Assembly: GCF_006345805.1 (NCBI RefSeq) | Contig: NC_043001.1 | Coordinates: 68,696,001-68,760,000, forward strand | DNA from: Octopus sinensis | Taxonomy: Eukaryota | Reading direction: 5' to 3' | Length of the DNA: 64,000 nt | In this document: positions 1 to 12,465 of the stretch, piece by piece | Layout of the letters: the number at the start of each line of letters is the position of its first letter | Numbering within the stretch: the first letter of the stretch is position 1 | Program-made: the position numbers and the translations under genes | The notes under the pieces: model-generated | What the model saw: the letters and a program-made list of their open reading frames with translations, nothing else | What the model was told of the DNA's origin: nothing | The model's database searches: none

Positions 1-3000
1 ACAGACACCTCTTCTCCAGCCTGATTTTGATACTGAGGTGGTAACTAAAAAAGTTAATCAACCCCTGGCCGGAGACAAAGGTGCCTGTCACTATACCTTT
101 CGTACGCGTCTTCCATACTGTTTCTTTCAGTATGGCTACTACACAGAAAAAACAAGCCTTTCTTTCCCTGTTAAGGAAAGGGGGCGGCACAATCTCGATG
201 ATAGACTCAGCTGATAGCTGTACTCTTCCCATCACCGACAACAGTTGTTCAACAAAAGCTATCAGTCCCGATAACTCCGGACACTCCACGAATGCGTGCA
301 AGACGGTCTCCCTATCCTGCTCACATCGCGGGCATGTCGGCGAGACGGCACTACCGTGCCTTGACAGCTTGTCGCGAACAGGTAAAGCCGCACGGAAACA
401 CTGCCAGGCCAGGGATTTCTGGTAATTATCCAGATACCCCGGCCCGAACGTCCTCCGGAACAGGTTGACCAACTGATTTTCATCGTAGCCCAGGGTCTCC
501 CCCAAGGCGTCTTCGGACTTAATCTCCACTAACCCGCTATAGAAATCCGTGGTGGAACTCCTGTTGCCGGCGTTGCCCACCCGAGATAGTAGCTGGAGCG
601 CCTGACGGCACTCCAAATGCCATTCACTCAGTTTAGGTCTCCGCTTGATCCATGCACCGATGTCCGTTAGGGATGTTAACTGGGGAAGGTAGAACCGGAC
701 GTGCGGTGACCACACCTGCTCTCCATCCAGGTAAAGCCAGAGGTGCCTCAACCTTAACGCGAGTTTTCGCATCCTCAGCCAAGGCATCCCTAGCCCACCC
801 TTTAGCGGTTTCTGGCAGCAGACAGAGCGCTTTACAAGTGGCTTTCCTCCTTTCCACAAAAATCGGAAAAGGATTCTCTCCAACTTGTTCAGCCACAAAT
901 CGGGGCAAGGCACCACGGTCAGACGGTAGGTGATTACTGATGCTATAAACATCTGCACCACCTCCACCTTCCCTAGCAGGGATAACGCCCGCCCAGACCA
1001 GGTCTGGGTTTGAGCGGTCACCTTGCTGGCCACCTCACTCCAATTTTTCTCTATCTGGAGGTCTGGCCCGAACCAGACTCCGAGCAGCTTAACAGGACCT
1101 TCCGTCCAACGCCCTACGACGTTATTGGACGGTATCGGCTTGCCCCTCCAGGTGCCGAGTTGCAAACCGACCGACTTGTCCTTGTTCACCTTTGCTCCTG
1201 CCACCGCCTCGTAGCTTTTGATGGCCTCTTCCACCACTGGAAGCTGGCCTTCGTCTGCCACGATGATGGAGGTGTCATCCGCATACGCCGTAGCTCCTCT
1301 TCCACACCATAGATCATGCGGCGCGCCCCCTAGTGCCTCCAACTTCCGCAGCAAAGGCTCAAGAGCCAATACGTATAGGAGCGAGGACAGGGGACACCCT
1401 TGACGAACTGAATGCTCGATCCTGAACGGCTTCGAAAAGGAACCGTTCACCTTGACTACAGACTCGATGTCGCTATACAAAGCAGCGATCCAACCTCGAA
1501 AGGTCGGGCCTAGGCCAGCCTCTCCGAGGACCGCCGCCAGGTACCGATGGTCGACCCTATCAAATGCTTTGGACTGGTCTAAATGTACCAGTGCTCCCCC
1601 TGCGCCAGAAAGCTTCCCCACCCTCTCTAAGGAGTAGCGTATAAGGTGGAGATTGTCGTGGATCGTTCTGCCGGGGATAGCGCACGTTTGCGCTTCCCCG
1701 ACAAGTTTGTCCACGACCAGCGCCAACCTTTTTGCTAGCACCTTGGCCAGAATCTTTAACTCTGTGTTTAACAGAGTTATGGGCCTGAAGTTCCCTATCT
1801 CGTCCCCCTTGTTCGGGTCCTTCCTGATCAACGTCACCGCCCCCCGGCTCGCAGACTTGGGAATTCTATAAAATTGGCATACTTCTATAAAATTCATAGG
1901 GCAGACCATCGAGACCCGGCGACTTCTCCCCGGGGCACTTGCCCAACACCTCGATTACTTCCTCGGCTGTGATTGGCCCTTCACAGCACTCAGCCTCTCG
2001 TGTCGAGAGGCGCGGTCCATCAGACAGGAAGTCCCTAAGGGCCTCACCATGATCCAGCGTCCCGCACCTCCCGAACAACTCGGCGAAGTGCTTGTGAAGT
2101 GCCGCACACATCTCGTCCCGCTTCTTGATCGTGCATCCGTTTTCATCAACAAGAGACCCAATTGTGGAATAGTTTCCACGCTGTGTTTCTATCGTACGGG
2201 CCCATCCGGCAACATTAATTCCCTCACGGCCCAATGCTCGTACTTTAGCCCGGACTCTACATCCCTCATGTTTGGTTTTGAGGTGACGGTCTAATGCCGT
2301 TCTCGCCGCTAAAATGTGAGATGCAGAGCCCAACCTCAACGCCTCCTCTAACTTCTTAACTAGTTGCCCTTCTATTCTAGCCCTATCTAGTCTTAGTTGT
2401 TTACTAAATCTAATGGACTCGAATCGAATGGCTCTTTTGAGGGTGAACCACCACCGGTTATTAACCACGGCTCCGGTTAACGCCCTCTGCACTAACACCT
2501 TAATCCGGCTACGGTATGCCTCGCGTGTCAAAGTAGACTTGTTCAGCTTCCAGTAGCCGGTTCCTATCTTAAGTGTGCTATCTATGTCCAGTCTACACGT
2601 GACCATTCTGTGGTCAGTATAGGGCACCTGGACGAGCTGTGGACAACTAAAACTAGACTTATCTCTAGTTCTTATCACTATCCTGTCTAGATAAGACTTG
2701 AACCTTCCGTCGCCACTCATCCAGGTCCACTCTGGGACGTTCGGATGGTCAAGTCTGTAACGATCTGCCAGCTGAAACCGCTTAAGCAGATCCACGAGAC
2801 GTGAGTTCACTTTCCTATAGATCGAGCCAACGCTATCGATGTGTACGTCAACGATAGCATTAAAGTCCCCTAATATCACTAAAGTCTTCGACGTCACGAG
2901 AAAGCCCTCTAGGCGCCGATAAAAATCAGTTTGGAAACCTCTAGCACAAGGTGCATAGAGTCCGATCAACCTGAAGGCCTTACTGCTGTATGTCACATCA

Positions 3001-3286
3001 AGGACGCCAGCCCACCTTCTGGGTCTACATAGACTGTACTTGTCTGTAGAGCCAAGTCTTTACGGATCAGTACCACTACGCCCCCTCGCCCTCCGGTCTG
3101 GCCAGGAGACATGATTTTCTCGTAGCCATTCAGGAGAGGCGAGAAGGTTTGTAGGCTGTCCAGCTTGGTCTCTGTAGCAACCATCACATGTATATCATGT
3201 GATCTGAGGTCGTCGAGGAAACAAGCCTGCTTCCACTTCGAACTCAGACCACGCACATTTAAACAACCAAGGTTAAGCGAAGCCAT
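1..3286 (-). pseudogene. LINE ORF2 (APE endonuclease + reverse transcriptase + CCHC), frameshifts near 3000 and 1870
   Basis: EN motifs CLNVRGL, ATETK, GDFN, SYLDRI, TDH, GYWKLN and KSPGLDGLP. Manual translation gives RT motifs NFRPITLLN, LDQSKAFDRVDH, VRQGCPLS and AYADD, then CPRC..ETVLHAFVEC. The RT frame appears open to base 1. Confidence 0.92.
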
Positions 3287-3303
3287 TACAAAAAGTAAAA
3301 GTT

Positions 3304-4704
3304 CTACTTACATTTCGTTGGAGAGGTGGGGGCCGACCTCACCACACGTTTGTGGGCCCCTTCTTTCTCCTCTTTCTTCAGATAGTCCGGCAAGTTCGCG
3401 ATATGCCGGATGGCGTTTGGGTGTCTGTCTTTTAATTGTTTGAACGTTGTTTCCGCAATCCACGCGTGTCTATTTCGATCTTTGTATTTGTTGTACAGTC
3501 TTGCTGACTGAATGTGAACCACAATATCGTTTATGTATTTGTCTTGTGTGTCGAATTCAATTAATATGAGTTCATTTTCTTTTTTGTCTTCTTTTTCTGG
3601 GCCAGTTGAGCGGGATTTTTTTTCCGTGTCTGTGGTGTGTCTTTGTTTTTATTATTTTTTGTAGGGGATGTGGACGGGGATGCTGCACGAATTCTTTTAC
3701 GAACTGGTGTAAATCCCCCCTCTGATACCTCCATGGTATCGTCTGGGGTAGCAATAGTTTGTTCGGTAGGCGCCGCAGTTTTTAGGGGGGTGGGAGGTTT
3801 TAATAGTGTAGGGGTTTGTGAGTGCGAGGGCTGGGTTTTTTCTTCAGTCTGTTTTGGGGTTGGCACCGTAACAGCAGGAGTGGGATTTTTTGTTTTTGTA
3901 GGGGTAGGTGTGTTTGCAAGGGTAGGGACTTTTTTATTATCTGAGGGGCCTGGTGTCTGCGGTTTCTTTTGCTTGTCTGGACAGTCTACACGAATGTGGC
4001 CCTTTTTGCCGCAGGCGTAACAGGTGGGTTTTCGGCCTTCGACCTGTACCCTGAGGGCTACGTTCTCGCCCACGAGCACCCTCTCAGGAAGGAGCTGCAG
4101 GTCCTCCGCTGTTCCTTGAATTAATATATTAATGTTACGCCCGAGCCAAAATAGAGGGGTAGAGCATGTTACTTGTAGTATTTTTATTTTGTCCGCCCTT
4201 TTATATAACAGGGCGGCCACTACCTCTACCGGATCTACTTCCGGCGGGGCTTCTACAATCCTGACCCGGGACGTCCTGCGTCCCCTATAGCTTGGGAAAA
4301 GTACCACCTCCTTGGTTTTTAGGGGGTTCACAGAATGCCCGCGGGCCATTTCTTCCCCCGAGAAGCGGACATCCACAGTGCCATATGCCCGTCCCCTGGC
4401 GACGTACACGATGTCCTTCCAAATCGGGGACAGGCATTTCTCGATGGTGCTTTTTTCAAAGTGTTTGAACCTTCTGCTTTGTGGACAGAAAGTTTTAAAC
4501 ACTACGGTCCGCTTCTCGGTCCCACGATACTGGCGGAGGGTGATATTTTAACATCACCACCCTCCTCTTGCATTCTTTTAAATAGCTCGACGAGCTGATT
4601 ACATCGATGTCAATGTTCTCGGTAGCCACTGCGGCTACCGCAGAAAATTTTTTAACATTGCTCTCCTCAAGAGCACTACTTTCGTGAATAATTTCAACAG
4701 ACAT
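3304..4704 (-). pseudogene. LINE ORF1 (gag-like, zinc knuckle), split by about 2 frameshifts
   Basis: ORFs 4495-4728, 3561-4502 and 3304-3522 abut. Contains CYACGKKGHIRVDC (CX2CX4HX4C) followed by a Pro/Thr/Lys-rich low-complexity tract. Confidence 0.85.
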
Positions 4705-5499
4705 TATTCTGTTGAAATTAGACAACACAAAAATTACGAATATTGGTTTCCCACAAAACTGGGAAACCTATAGAAAGTTTTTCTTCCAAAGTAGTTCAAA
4801 AAAGCAGTTCAAAAATTCCAATTCCCACCCCCATTCGGGGGAGGGGCACGAAAATAGTCTGGCAGGACTATATATAGTCACGTAAATAAAAAGCCACAAT
4901 GGCTAACAGTTCAACGGTAAGAAATTATCCAATTATTCCCCGGTAAAACCGGAGAACAAGACAGTTCAGCAACGTTTAAATACAATTTTTCAGTAGTAGA
5001 AATTCAACAATTAACAACACAGCAAAATTCTTACCGGGAAGAAAACGCGTCCAAACCGTTGTACGGTAAGCAAAGTCACTCTTCAGTCAGTGAGGTTAGA
5101 CAAGCTACTTACCACACAGCCACTCCTGCACCTGAAGATTTTGTAACGAATAATAATTGTCAAGTCAAATTTTATAGAACAACAGTGCTAATGCGACACA
5201 AAAGGTTTCATGCGAAAATTTCTTACTCATTCAATTGTAGTTTGAGTGATTGCGGAAACTCAGCCAACACGACGGAGAACTGTTTTTAATCTTTTATCTT
5301 TTACATGTTTTCAAATATTAGACTGCGACCATGCTGGGGCGCCACCTTGATTTTGCTTTTTGTTAGTCGATTTATTAGACCGAGTATTATTTCTCAAGCC
5401 CGGTACATTAATCAATCCATCCATTTTGTCGAACCGCTAAGTTACGCAGACGTAATCACACCGACACTGTTTGTCGTGTTTGTGTGGACAAATACACAC

Positions 5500-5561
<62 letters not shown>

Positions 5562-5702
5562 GCAATAAAGATTCAAGTTAATTTTAAAAATTTACTTGAA
5601 TATGGTACCCAACTTAGATGCACCAAAAAAACAATACTGATTTAACAATACAGTAATGTGGGGTGATTATAAGCGAGAAAGAAGCAACAAGAATGGATAG
5701 GT

Positions 5703-5793
5703 TTTTAGTACGATCGTTTCATACAAGGACAGGTTTTATTAAAAGTTGCAAAGATTACAGCATATAAACGAGTCCCGTACTCATCAGCTAAAA
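5703..5793 (-). ncRNA. Type I hammerhead ribozyme (mirror copy of 8457-8547)
   Basis: Reverse complement of the 8457-8547 motif. Confidence 0.82.
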
Positions 5794-7210
5794 TACATGT
5801 AAGTTCTCTAGACATCCTAGTGTTTGAGGCTATACTCATGAAGTAATGTAGATAATTAAATAGATTTCTAAAGTTCATTAAAGTTCCTTAAAGATGATGT
5901 ATAGTCCTATCACAGAATTTTAAAAAAGTTTTGATAGCATCACAGAGAAGGTGACCTAATCCATATGAATTTCCATAGATATGATGAGGGATTATATACT
6001 CACAGAAGACAAATTTATCCATTGTTATTAGCATTACAGAGAGGGTGAATTAATCCTTTGTATATATGCACAGATTCCAATGGTGTAGATGTAAATTTCC
6101 AGAGAAATGGAGATGAATTTCATATTCACAGGCGATAAATTTTACAATGGTTGAACACAATGAGGTAGGTACCAATCCTTGTTATATGATTAGGTGTTTG
6201 CCATATTAATCACATTACTGCTATTCACAAGAGGCTGTAGCTATTTAACTCTTAAAGGTTGAAGGGCTTACTAGATCGGCCAAAAATAGAGAAGGGAATA
6301 GAAGAAAAGAGAGAAAAAAGAGAAAATAATGGAGGAGGGAGCAAAAAAGGGGGGAAAGGGGGACTAAAAGAGAAGAGAAAAGGAAACAGAGAATAAGAAG
6401 AAGAAAAAGAAGAAAGAGAAAAGAGAAAGAAATAGGGAAAGAAGGGAAAAAAGAAAAAGAAAAAAGAGGGTTCTAGTTATACAGAAGAGCTAGTAGACTG
6501 TAAGTCTGGTTTTAATCAACAGGCATCTAAGAACTGGAGGGGAATATTATTCTTTGACCAGTAACCGTTAATTTATTGCTGTTGAAATCAGCTATGAGTT
6601 TAAAGAGAATCTAAAGAGATAACACAGTCAGGGGTTAAGGGGTCAGATGCTAAAATCACCAGAAAATACATTAGGAAAATCTAAGTATAATCTCCTCAAA
6701 AAGTCATTAAAAATTTACTTATTTAATTTATTCATTTTATTGTCTTAAGGAGTTGTCGTTATTATTCATACATTGACCGACTACAGGTCAAATCTTATAA
6801 GATCATTTACAAGGTGTTAGGGGATTGTCTATCCTAATGAAGATAATCATATTATCACCGAGGGAATAGCCTTATTTATTTAATTATGAAATAGAATTAT
6901 GGGGCTACAGTAACTAATTATAATTTATTAGAGTTATGCTATTTAAATTAGATTAAGTTAGGAATTAAAATTAAATATTACAATTAAGATTTAAAATTAA
7001 GAATTTAAAATTGCGAGTTTGAAATTAAATAAAGCCTCAATTAAGTAGCGAATAAGTACTATTCATTTCCCTGTTCTCAAAAAACTGATGTAGATATAAG
7101 GAAAAAGATAAAGATAACTGTAATGTGAGAACTCTTAGTTATCTACTTAAAGCAGTGCTATACTAGTAGAAATCAAGTTATATCTATCTATCTAGTTATG
7201 AATATTCCAA

Positions 7211-7424
7211 TCATTTAAAATATTTTAAAGTCTTCAATTTAGCGTGGACACAAACTTGACCTAGTTCGATATGGTTATTCAATAAGTTTCTATGTTTACT
7301 ATGCTTTAGAATTTCGTACGTCTCCATGGAGCATAGTTGACAACCAACCCTACTATTTTTATACGGAATTGCTCTCCTAACTATTTCCCAATTAAGGGTA
7401 TAATTTTTGTTATTATTTTTGAGT
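7211..7424 (-). pseudogene. PLE GIY-YIG endonuclease C-terminal fragment
   Basis: LNWEIVRRAIPY..GCQLCSMETYEI..LLN..ELGQVCVH matches the PLE EN tail pattern W-x-I..A..Y..C-x-LC..E..LN..C-x-H. Confidence 0.8.
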
Positions 7425-8456
7425 TCCCCTAACACCTTGTAAATGATCTTATAAGATTTGACCTGTAGTCGGTCAATGTATGAATAATAACGACAACTCC
7501 TTAAGACAATAAAATGAATAAATTAAATAAGTAAATTTTTAATGACTTTTTGAGGAGATTATACTTAGATTTTCCTAATGTATTTTCTGGTGATTTTAGC
7601 ATCTGACCCCTTAACCCCTGACTGTGTTATCTCTTTAGATTCTCTTTAAACTCATAGCTGATTTCAACAGCAATAAATTAACGGTTTACTGGTCAAAGAA
7701 TAATATTCCCCTCCAGTTCTTAGATGCCTGTTGATTAAAACCAGACTTACAGTCTACTAGCTCTTCTGTATAACTAGAACCCTCTTTTTTCTTTTTCTTT
7801 TTTCCCTTCTTTCCCTATTTCTTTCTCTTTTCTCTTCTTCTTTTTCTTCTTCTTATTCTCTGTTTCCTTTTCTCTTCTCTTTTAGTCCCCCTTTCCCCCC
7901 CTTTTTTGCTCCCTCCTCCATTATTTTCTCTTTTTTCTCTCTTTTCTTCTATTCCCTTCTCTATTTTTGGCCGATCTAGTAAGCCCTTCAACCTTTAAGA
8001 GTTAAATAGCTACAGCCTCTTGTGAATAGCAGTAATGTGATTAATATGGCAAACACCTAATCATATAACAAGGATTGGTACCTACCTCATTGTGTTCAAC
8101 CATTGTAAAATTTATCGCCTGTGAATATGAAATTCATCTCCATTTCTCTGGAAATTTACATCTACACCATTGGAATCTGTGCATATATACAAAGGATTAA
8201 TTCACCCTCTCTGTAATGCTAATAACAATGGATAAATTTGTCTTCTGTGAGTATATAATCCCTCATCATATCTATGGAAATTCATATGGATTAGGTCACC
8301 TTCTCTGTGATGCTATCAAAACTTTTTTAAAATTCTGTGATAGGACTATACATCATCTTTAAGGAACTTTAATGAACTTTAGAAATCTGTTTAATTATCT
8401 ACATTACTTCATGAGTATAGCCTCAAACACTAGGATGTCTAGAGAACTTACATGTA

Positions 8457-8547
8457 TTTTAGCTGATGAGTACGGGACTCGTTTATATGCTGTAATCTTT
8501 GCAACTTTTAATAAAACCTGTCCTTGTATGAAACGATCGTACTAAAA
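8457..8547 (+). ncRNA. Type I hammerhead ribozyme, long stem II, palindromic loop III
   Basis: ttttag-CTGATGA-gtacgggac...gtccttgtat-GAAA-c gatc g-TA-ctaaaa. Stem I ttttag/ctaaaa; predicted cut after A8541. Confidence 0.85.
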
Positions 8548-8576
8548 ACCTATCCATTCTTGTTGCTTCTTTCTCG

Positions 8577-8615
<39 letters not shown>

Positions 8616-8837
8616 TAAAATATTAGGGAATAAAACCAAACTTACAGGGAAAAATTAGATTTGGGATTAAATCCAATTTTATAGTAAAATATTATATTAT
8701 ATTAAATTAGAGATAAAACCACCATTAGGCAAATCAAACAATGAAAAACATAAGCCAATACATAAAGTTAATTAATTTATATTATTTCAAATATATATCA
8801 AAAGTATTAAAAGTTTAATAAAAGATAAAGAGTAAAA

Positions 8838-8906
8838 CACTACGATCGTTTCATGGCTGTACAATTCGTAATAATTCGAGTTATGGTTACAGTCAATCTT
8901 CAGGCA
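8838..8906 (-). ncRNA. Type I hammerhead ribozyme motif (mirror of 10143-10211)
   Basis: CTGAAGA...GAAAC GATC GTA on the minus strand; stem I is weak. Confidence 0.65.
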
Positions 8907-10142
8907 ATTGAAATTTCTAAAATATAATCAGAAATATTTAAACAATATTTTTAAGATATAAATGATATAATAATTTTACTTATAATAAACTCTATTATCA
9001 AACTAGAAACATAAAACTTAGCAATTATGATTATAGCAAAATCGACTATAATGTTAAATATTAATTTTAATTTATAAGGTAGGAAACCCACCAATAATCT
9101 AATATCGGTATTAGTCTATATCTAATTACATAAAAATTTTAAAATGACTAATATATATAAATTATCAATGAAAATATATAAATGTATATAAATATTATAA
9201 TTAAGATCTAAAATAATCTCTATAAATAAATATATATGCACATATAATAAAAACCTAATAAATTTAATTATTCATATTTAAAGATGAAATAGCTCATTTC
9301 AAAATACAAATAAACAAACTTAAACGAACTTTCGGAAATCTTATGTAAAATACTTATAGAAATAATCAATTCGTAGTAATATAGTATCGAATAAATACTA
9401 TAAATACTATAAATATAATTATCAATGGGAATAACTAGCGAATATCAATTTAAAGAAATAACTAATTATGCTATTAAATTAGACATGGCCTGGACCAGTC
9501 TTTAGTCGAAACATATCTAAGTTTATCAAAGTTTATCTAATCTAATTATAAATTTAAAACTACAATTAATACTATTAAAACATGTATATACAAAAGCCTA
9601 ACTTAATACACCTCGTATGCTTGTTATCAAATAACAAATCTATCGCTAAGTAGTATCTTACGAATAAACTTAAATTTAATATCTAATAATATAGAAAATT
9701 ACGATAATTAGATCATTACATAAACAATGATATTTACATAAGGAAAATATTATTACTCCAAAGACTTACACAATATTAAACTTTACAATTTGAAGATCTT
9801 AAAAATATTAAATTTAAGTTTATTCGTAAGATACTACTTAGCGATAGATTTGTTATTTGATAATAAGAGGTGTATTAAGTTAGGCTTTTGTATATACATG
9901 TTTTAATAGTATTAATTGTAGTTTTAAATTTATAATTAAATTAGATAAACTTTGATAAACTTAGATATGTTTCGACTAAAGATTGGTCCAGGCCATGTCT
10001 AATTTAATAGCATAACTTAGTTATTTCTTTAAATTTATATTCGCTAGTTATTCCCATTGATAATTATATTTATAGTATTTATAGTATTTATTCGATACTA
10101 TATTACTACGAATATTTCTGATTATATTTTAGAAATTTCAAT

Positions 10143-10211
10143 TACCTGAAGATTGACTGTAACCATAACTCGAATTATTACGAATTGTACAGCCATGAAA
10201 CGATCGTAGTG
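10143..10211 (+). ncRNA. Type I hammerhead ribozyme motif
   Basis: tac-CTGAAGA-ttgactgta...tacagccat-GAAA-c gatc g-TA-gtg. Confidence 0.7.
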
Positions 10212-10342
10212 TTTTACGCTTTATCTTTTATTAAACATTTGATATATATTTGAAATAATATAAATTAATTAATTTTATGTATTGGCTTATGTTTTTCATT
10301 GTTTGATTTGCCTAATGGTGGTTTTATCTCTAATTTAATATA

Positions 10343-10397
<55 letters not shown>

Positions 10398-10413
10398 ACA
10401 CACACACACAACA

Positions 10414-10492
<79 letters not shown>

Positions 10493-10499
10493 GGAAAAA

Positions 10500-11070
10500 G
10501 TAAGAAATATATATATATAGGGGGAAAATTAAGAAAAATCAACGAAAATGCACATTGTAAATAAAAAAGAAAAGGCTTTTTATGAAAGGTAACAACAGAT
10601 ATACACAATTAGATGAATTGAGGTAGTAATAAAAGTAATAAGTCATAAAAGGCTTTATTATGAGATTATTGAAGAGATTCAAGCATACCACGGTTTTGTC
10701 AGATACTATTCATTGCTGAGTAAAAAGATTATTTGTAAGGGAGGTAAGTAGTTCTGGATTTTGTGCAGTTAGGTTAGATATAGAATTGTAATGTGAATGG
10801 TGTAAGGGATGTATGGAGGTTAGTGGTATTAATTGAATAGTTAGTAGTGTCCTGTATTATGTTATGTGTTTATATTTAGTTGGGGAAGATATTTTTTGAT
10901 GAAAATTGCCTCTTTATTCAATCTTTGTTGCATTGAGGTGTTCTGTGAACATTGATAGAAGGGAAAAATTTGGAAATTAGGATTAAGATTCCTAGCACAC
11001 CTTTCTATGTGTTCACTAACCTGTAACTGTCTGTGTTGTGGGTGGCGGATTTGTTCTTTGTGGATGGTGG
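10500..11070 (-). mobile_element. Degenerate PLE 3' end (GIY-YIG tail about 10875-11070 plus 3' UTR)
   Basis: Manual minus-strand translation: TIHKEQIRHPQHRQLQVSEHIERC..FQIFPFYQC..QRLNKEAIFIKKYLPQLN. Confidence 0.7.
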
Positions 11071-11406
11071 TTCTTCGACGGAGTAATAATCCTGAAACTG
11101 AAAGGAGCTCGTTGTATATATATAGTTCCTCACCACGCAGCTACGTCTGTGCATATAATCTTGTATACACACCATACATGTACATGCGTACTTTTATGCA
11201 TTTGTATGAGACAGTTTTGAAGAAAGAAGCAAGTCTGTACACATATACAGACACATTTTCAAGAGAGGTGTATTTGTTGATACATATACATACGTTATGA
11301 TAAAGTGATTTGCTTGATTTTGTTCTGTTTACGTTAAATTACTGTATTCTCTTTTAACTAACATTATCATTATCATTATTCAATTGAAGTTTCTTATTAT
11401 AGCGGC

Positions 11407-11856
11407 ACTACAGTAATTTTGGGAGCTGTACTTTTGTGATTCTTTCTAAGAGTTTGCGTAAGAGCCCGATAGTCTCTATCTGAAAGTTTTGGTTTTCTTC
11501 CGGAGCTTTGCTTCAACGAGGAGATTTTTCCCTCTTTCTCAAAGGCTGTAATTACTTTCGAGACAGTACTTCTTGATACATCAAACATTTCTGCTGTTTT
11601 CTTCACGCTAGCGCCTGCCATATAAGCACCAACAATTTTACCTCTTTGAAAGTCTGATAGATCTGTCATTTTAATGAATTTGAATTACCTTTTACTGATG
11701 ATATCTGAAAAGAAACAACAATTTTAGCAAAATATATTAGGCAGCACTCATAATGAATCAAAAACATAAAAATAAACAAGCTTTTGACGGTTTTATAGAT
11801 ATTTCAAAATTATGATGCTATGATGCTAGGTGTTTCCATTATTTTGTTCAACCCTG
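11407..11856 (-). mobile_element. Truncated Tc1-like transposon (5' TIR + HTH region)
   Basis: MTDLSDFQRGKIVGAYMAGASV..SGRKPKLSDRD. The TIR aggtgtttccattattttgttcaaccctg+TA matches the 52891-54138 element. Confidence 0.88.
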
Positions 11857-12251
11857 TACTAGCTTAAAAGCCACCCAGGCGACTTTTAAGCTAGTGTATA
11901 GCTTTTAAGCAACTGGCCCTGAATGGGAAGATCTGCAAACACATCTCTGACTTGTTTTGAAGAATTTGCTGCAATTGCTTCCTCCAGAGTCATATCGCAA
12001 TGACGATCATATTCGCCGCAAAACATCATGTAAAAAAATCGCCGGAAACAATGACAGTAATTAAAGCATAGGAATACAAAATTTCAGGATTGCAGGTCCA
12101 GATTCGGCTCGGAATGTTTTTAATTTACTCACGGAATCAGCCCGATTCCAAAATAGTATGATATTTTGGGCTTCGCCCTCTAGGAGTAGATTTGAAAATG
12201 TGTGACATACTGGCACACTGACATTCACATTTATTATATTATATTATATTA

Positions 12252-12465
12252 AGGTGGCGAGCTGGCATAACCGTTAGCACGCCAGTCGAAATACTCATCG
12301 GTATTTCGTCTACCGTCAGGTATGCGTTCGAATCCCACCGACTTTGATTTTCATCTTTTTCAGAGTCGATAAAATTAGTACCACTTACGTACTGGGGTCG
12401 ATGATATCGAATTAAACCCTTCCCTCAAAATTTGAGGCCTTGTGCTCCCAGGAGAAAGGATCTAT
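12252..12465 (+). mobile_element. tRNA-derived SINE (ggcggcgagctggcag family)
   Basis: Head ggtggcgagctggc..gttagcacgcc and B-box gttcgaatccc; homologous to 18250-18368 and 28854-29043. Confidence 0.8.

Larger units (their letters stand above)
1..5100 (-). mobile_element. Tx1/L1-clade non-LTR retrotransposon, near full length (3' end runs off the window), inserted in a SINE head
   Basis: ORF1 with a CCHC knuckle, then ORF2 with APE endonuclease, RT and C-terminal CCHC. About 400 bp of 5' UTR abuts the SINE sequence caagctacttaccacacagcc at 5101. Confidence 0.93.
5557..8582 (-). mobile_element. 5'-truncated Penelope-like element with a 1.16-kb inverted pseudo-LTR (arms 5668-6824 and 7425-8582), embedded in (TA)n
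   Basis: The arms are reverse complements with only a few 1-nt differences seen. The spacer holds a GIY-YIG C-terminus, and each arm has an HHR. Confidence 0.88.
8610..10345 (-). mobile_element. Non-coding AT-rich PLE-type fold-back element (arm A 8695-8938 + 9370-9682; arm B 9806-10345)
   Basis: Arm B is the reverse complement of arm A minus about 430 bp. HHR in each arm. The terminus at 8610-8700 is shared with 32760-32860. Confidence 0.78.

Noticed and set aside
81-4598. Plus-strand ORFs over the LINE
   Set aside because: Antisense shadows of GC-richer coding sequence with no recognisable motifs.
11690-11730. CTGATGA..GAAAC in the Tc1 leader (also at about 53975)
   Set aside because: No stem I, II or III pairing; a chance core match.
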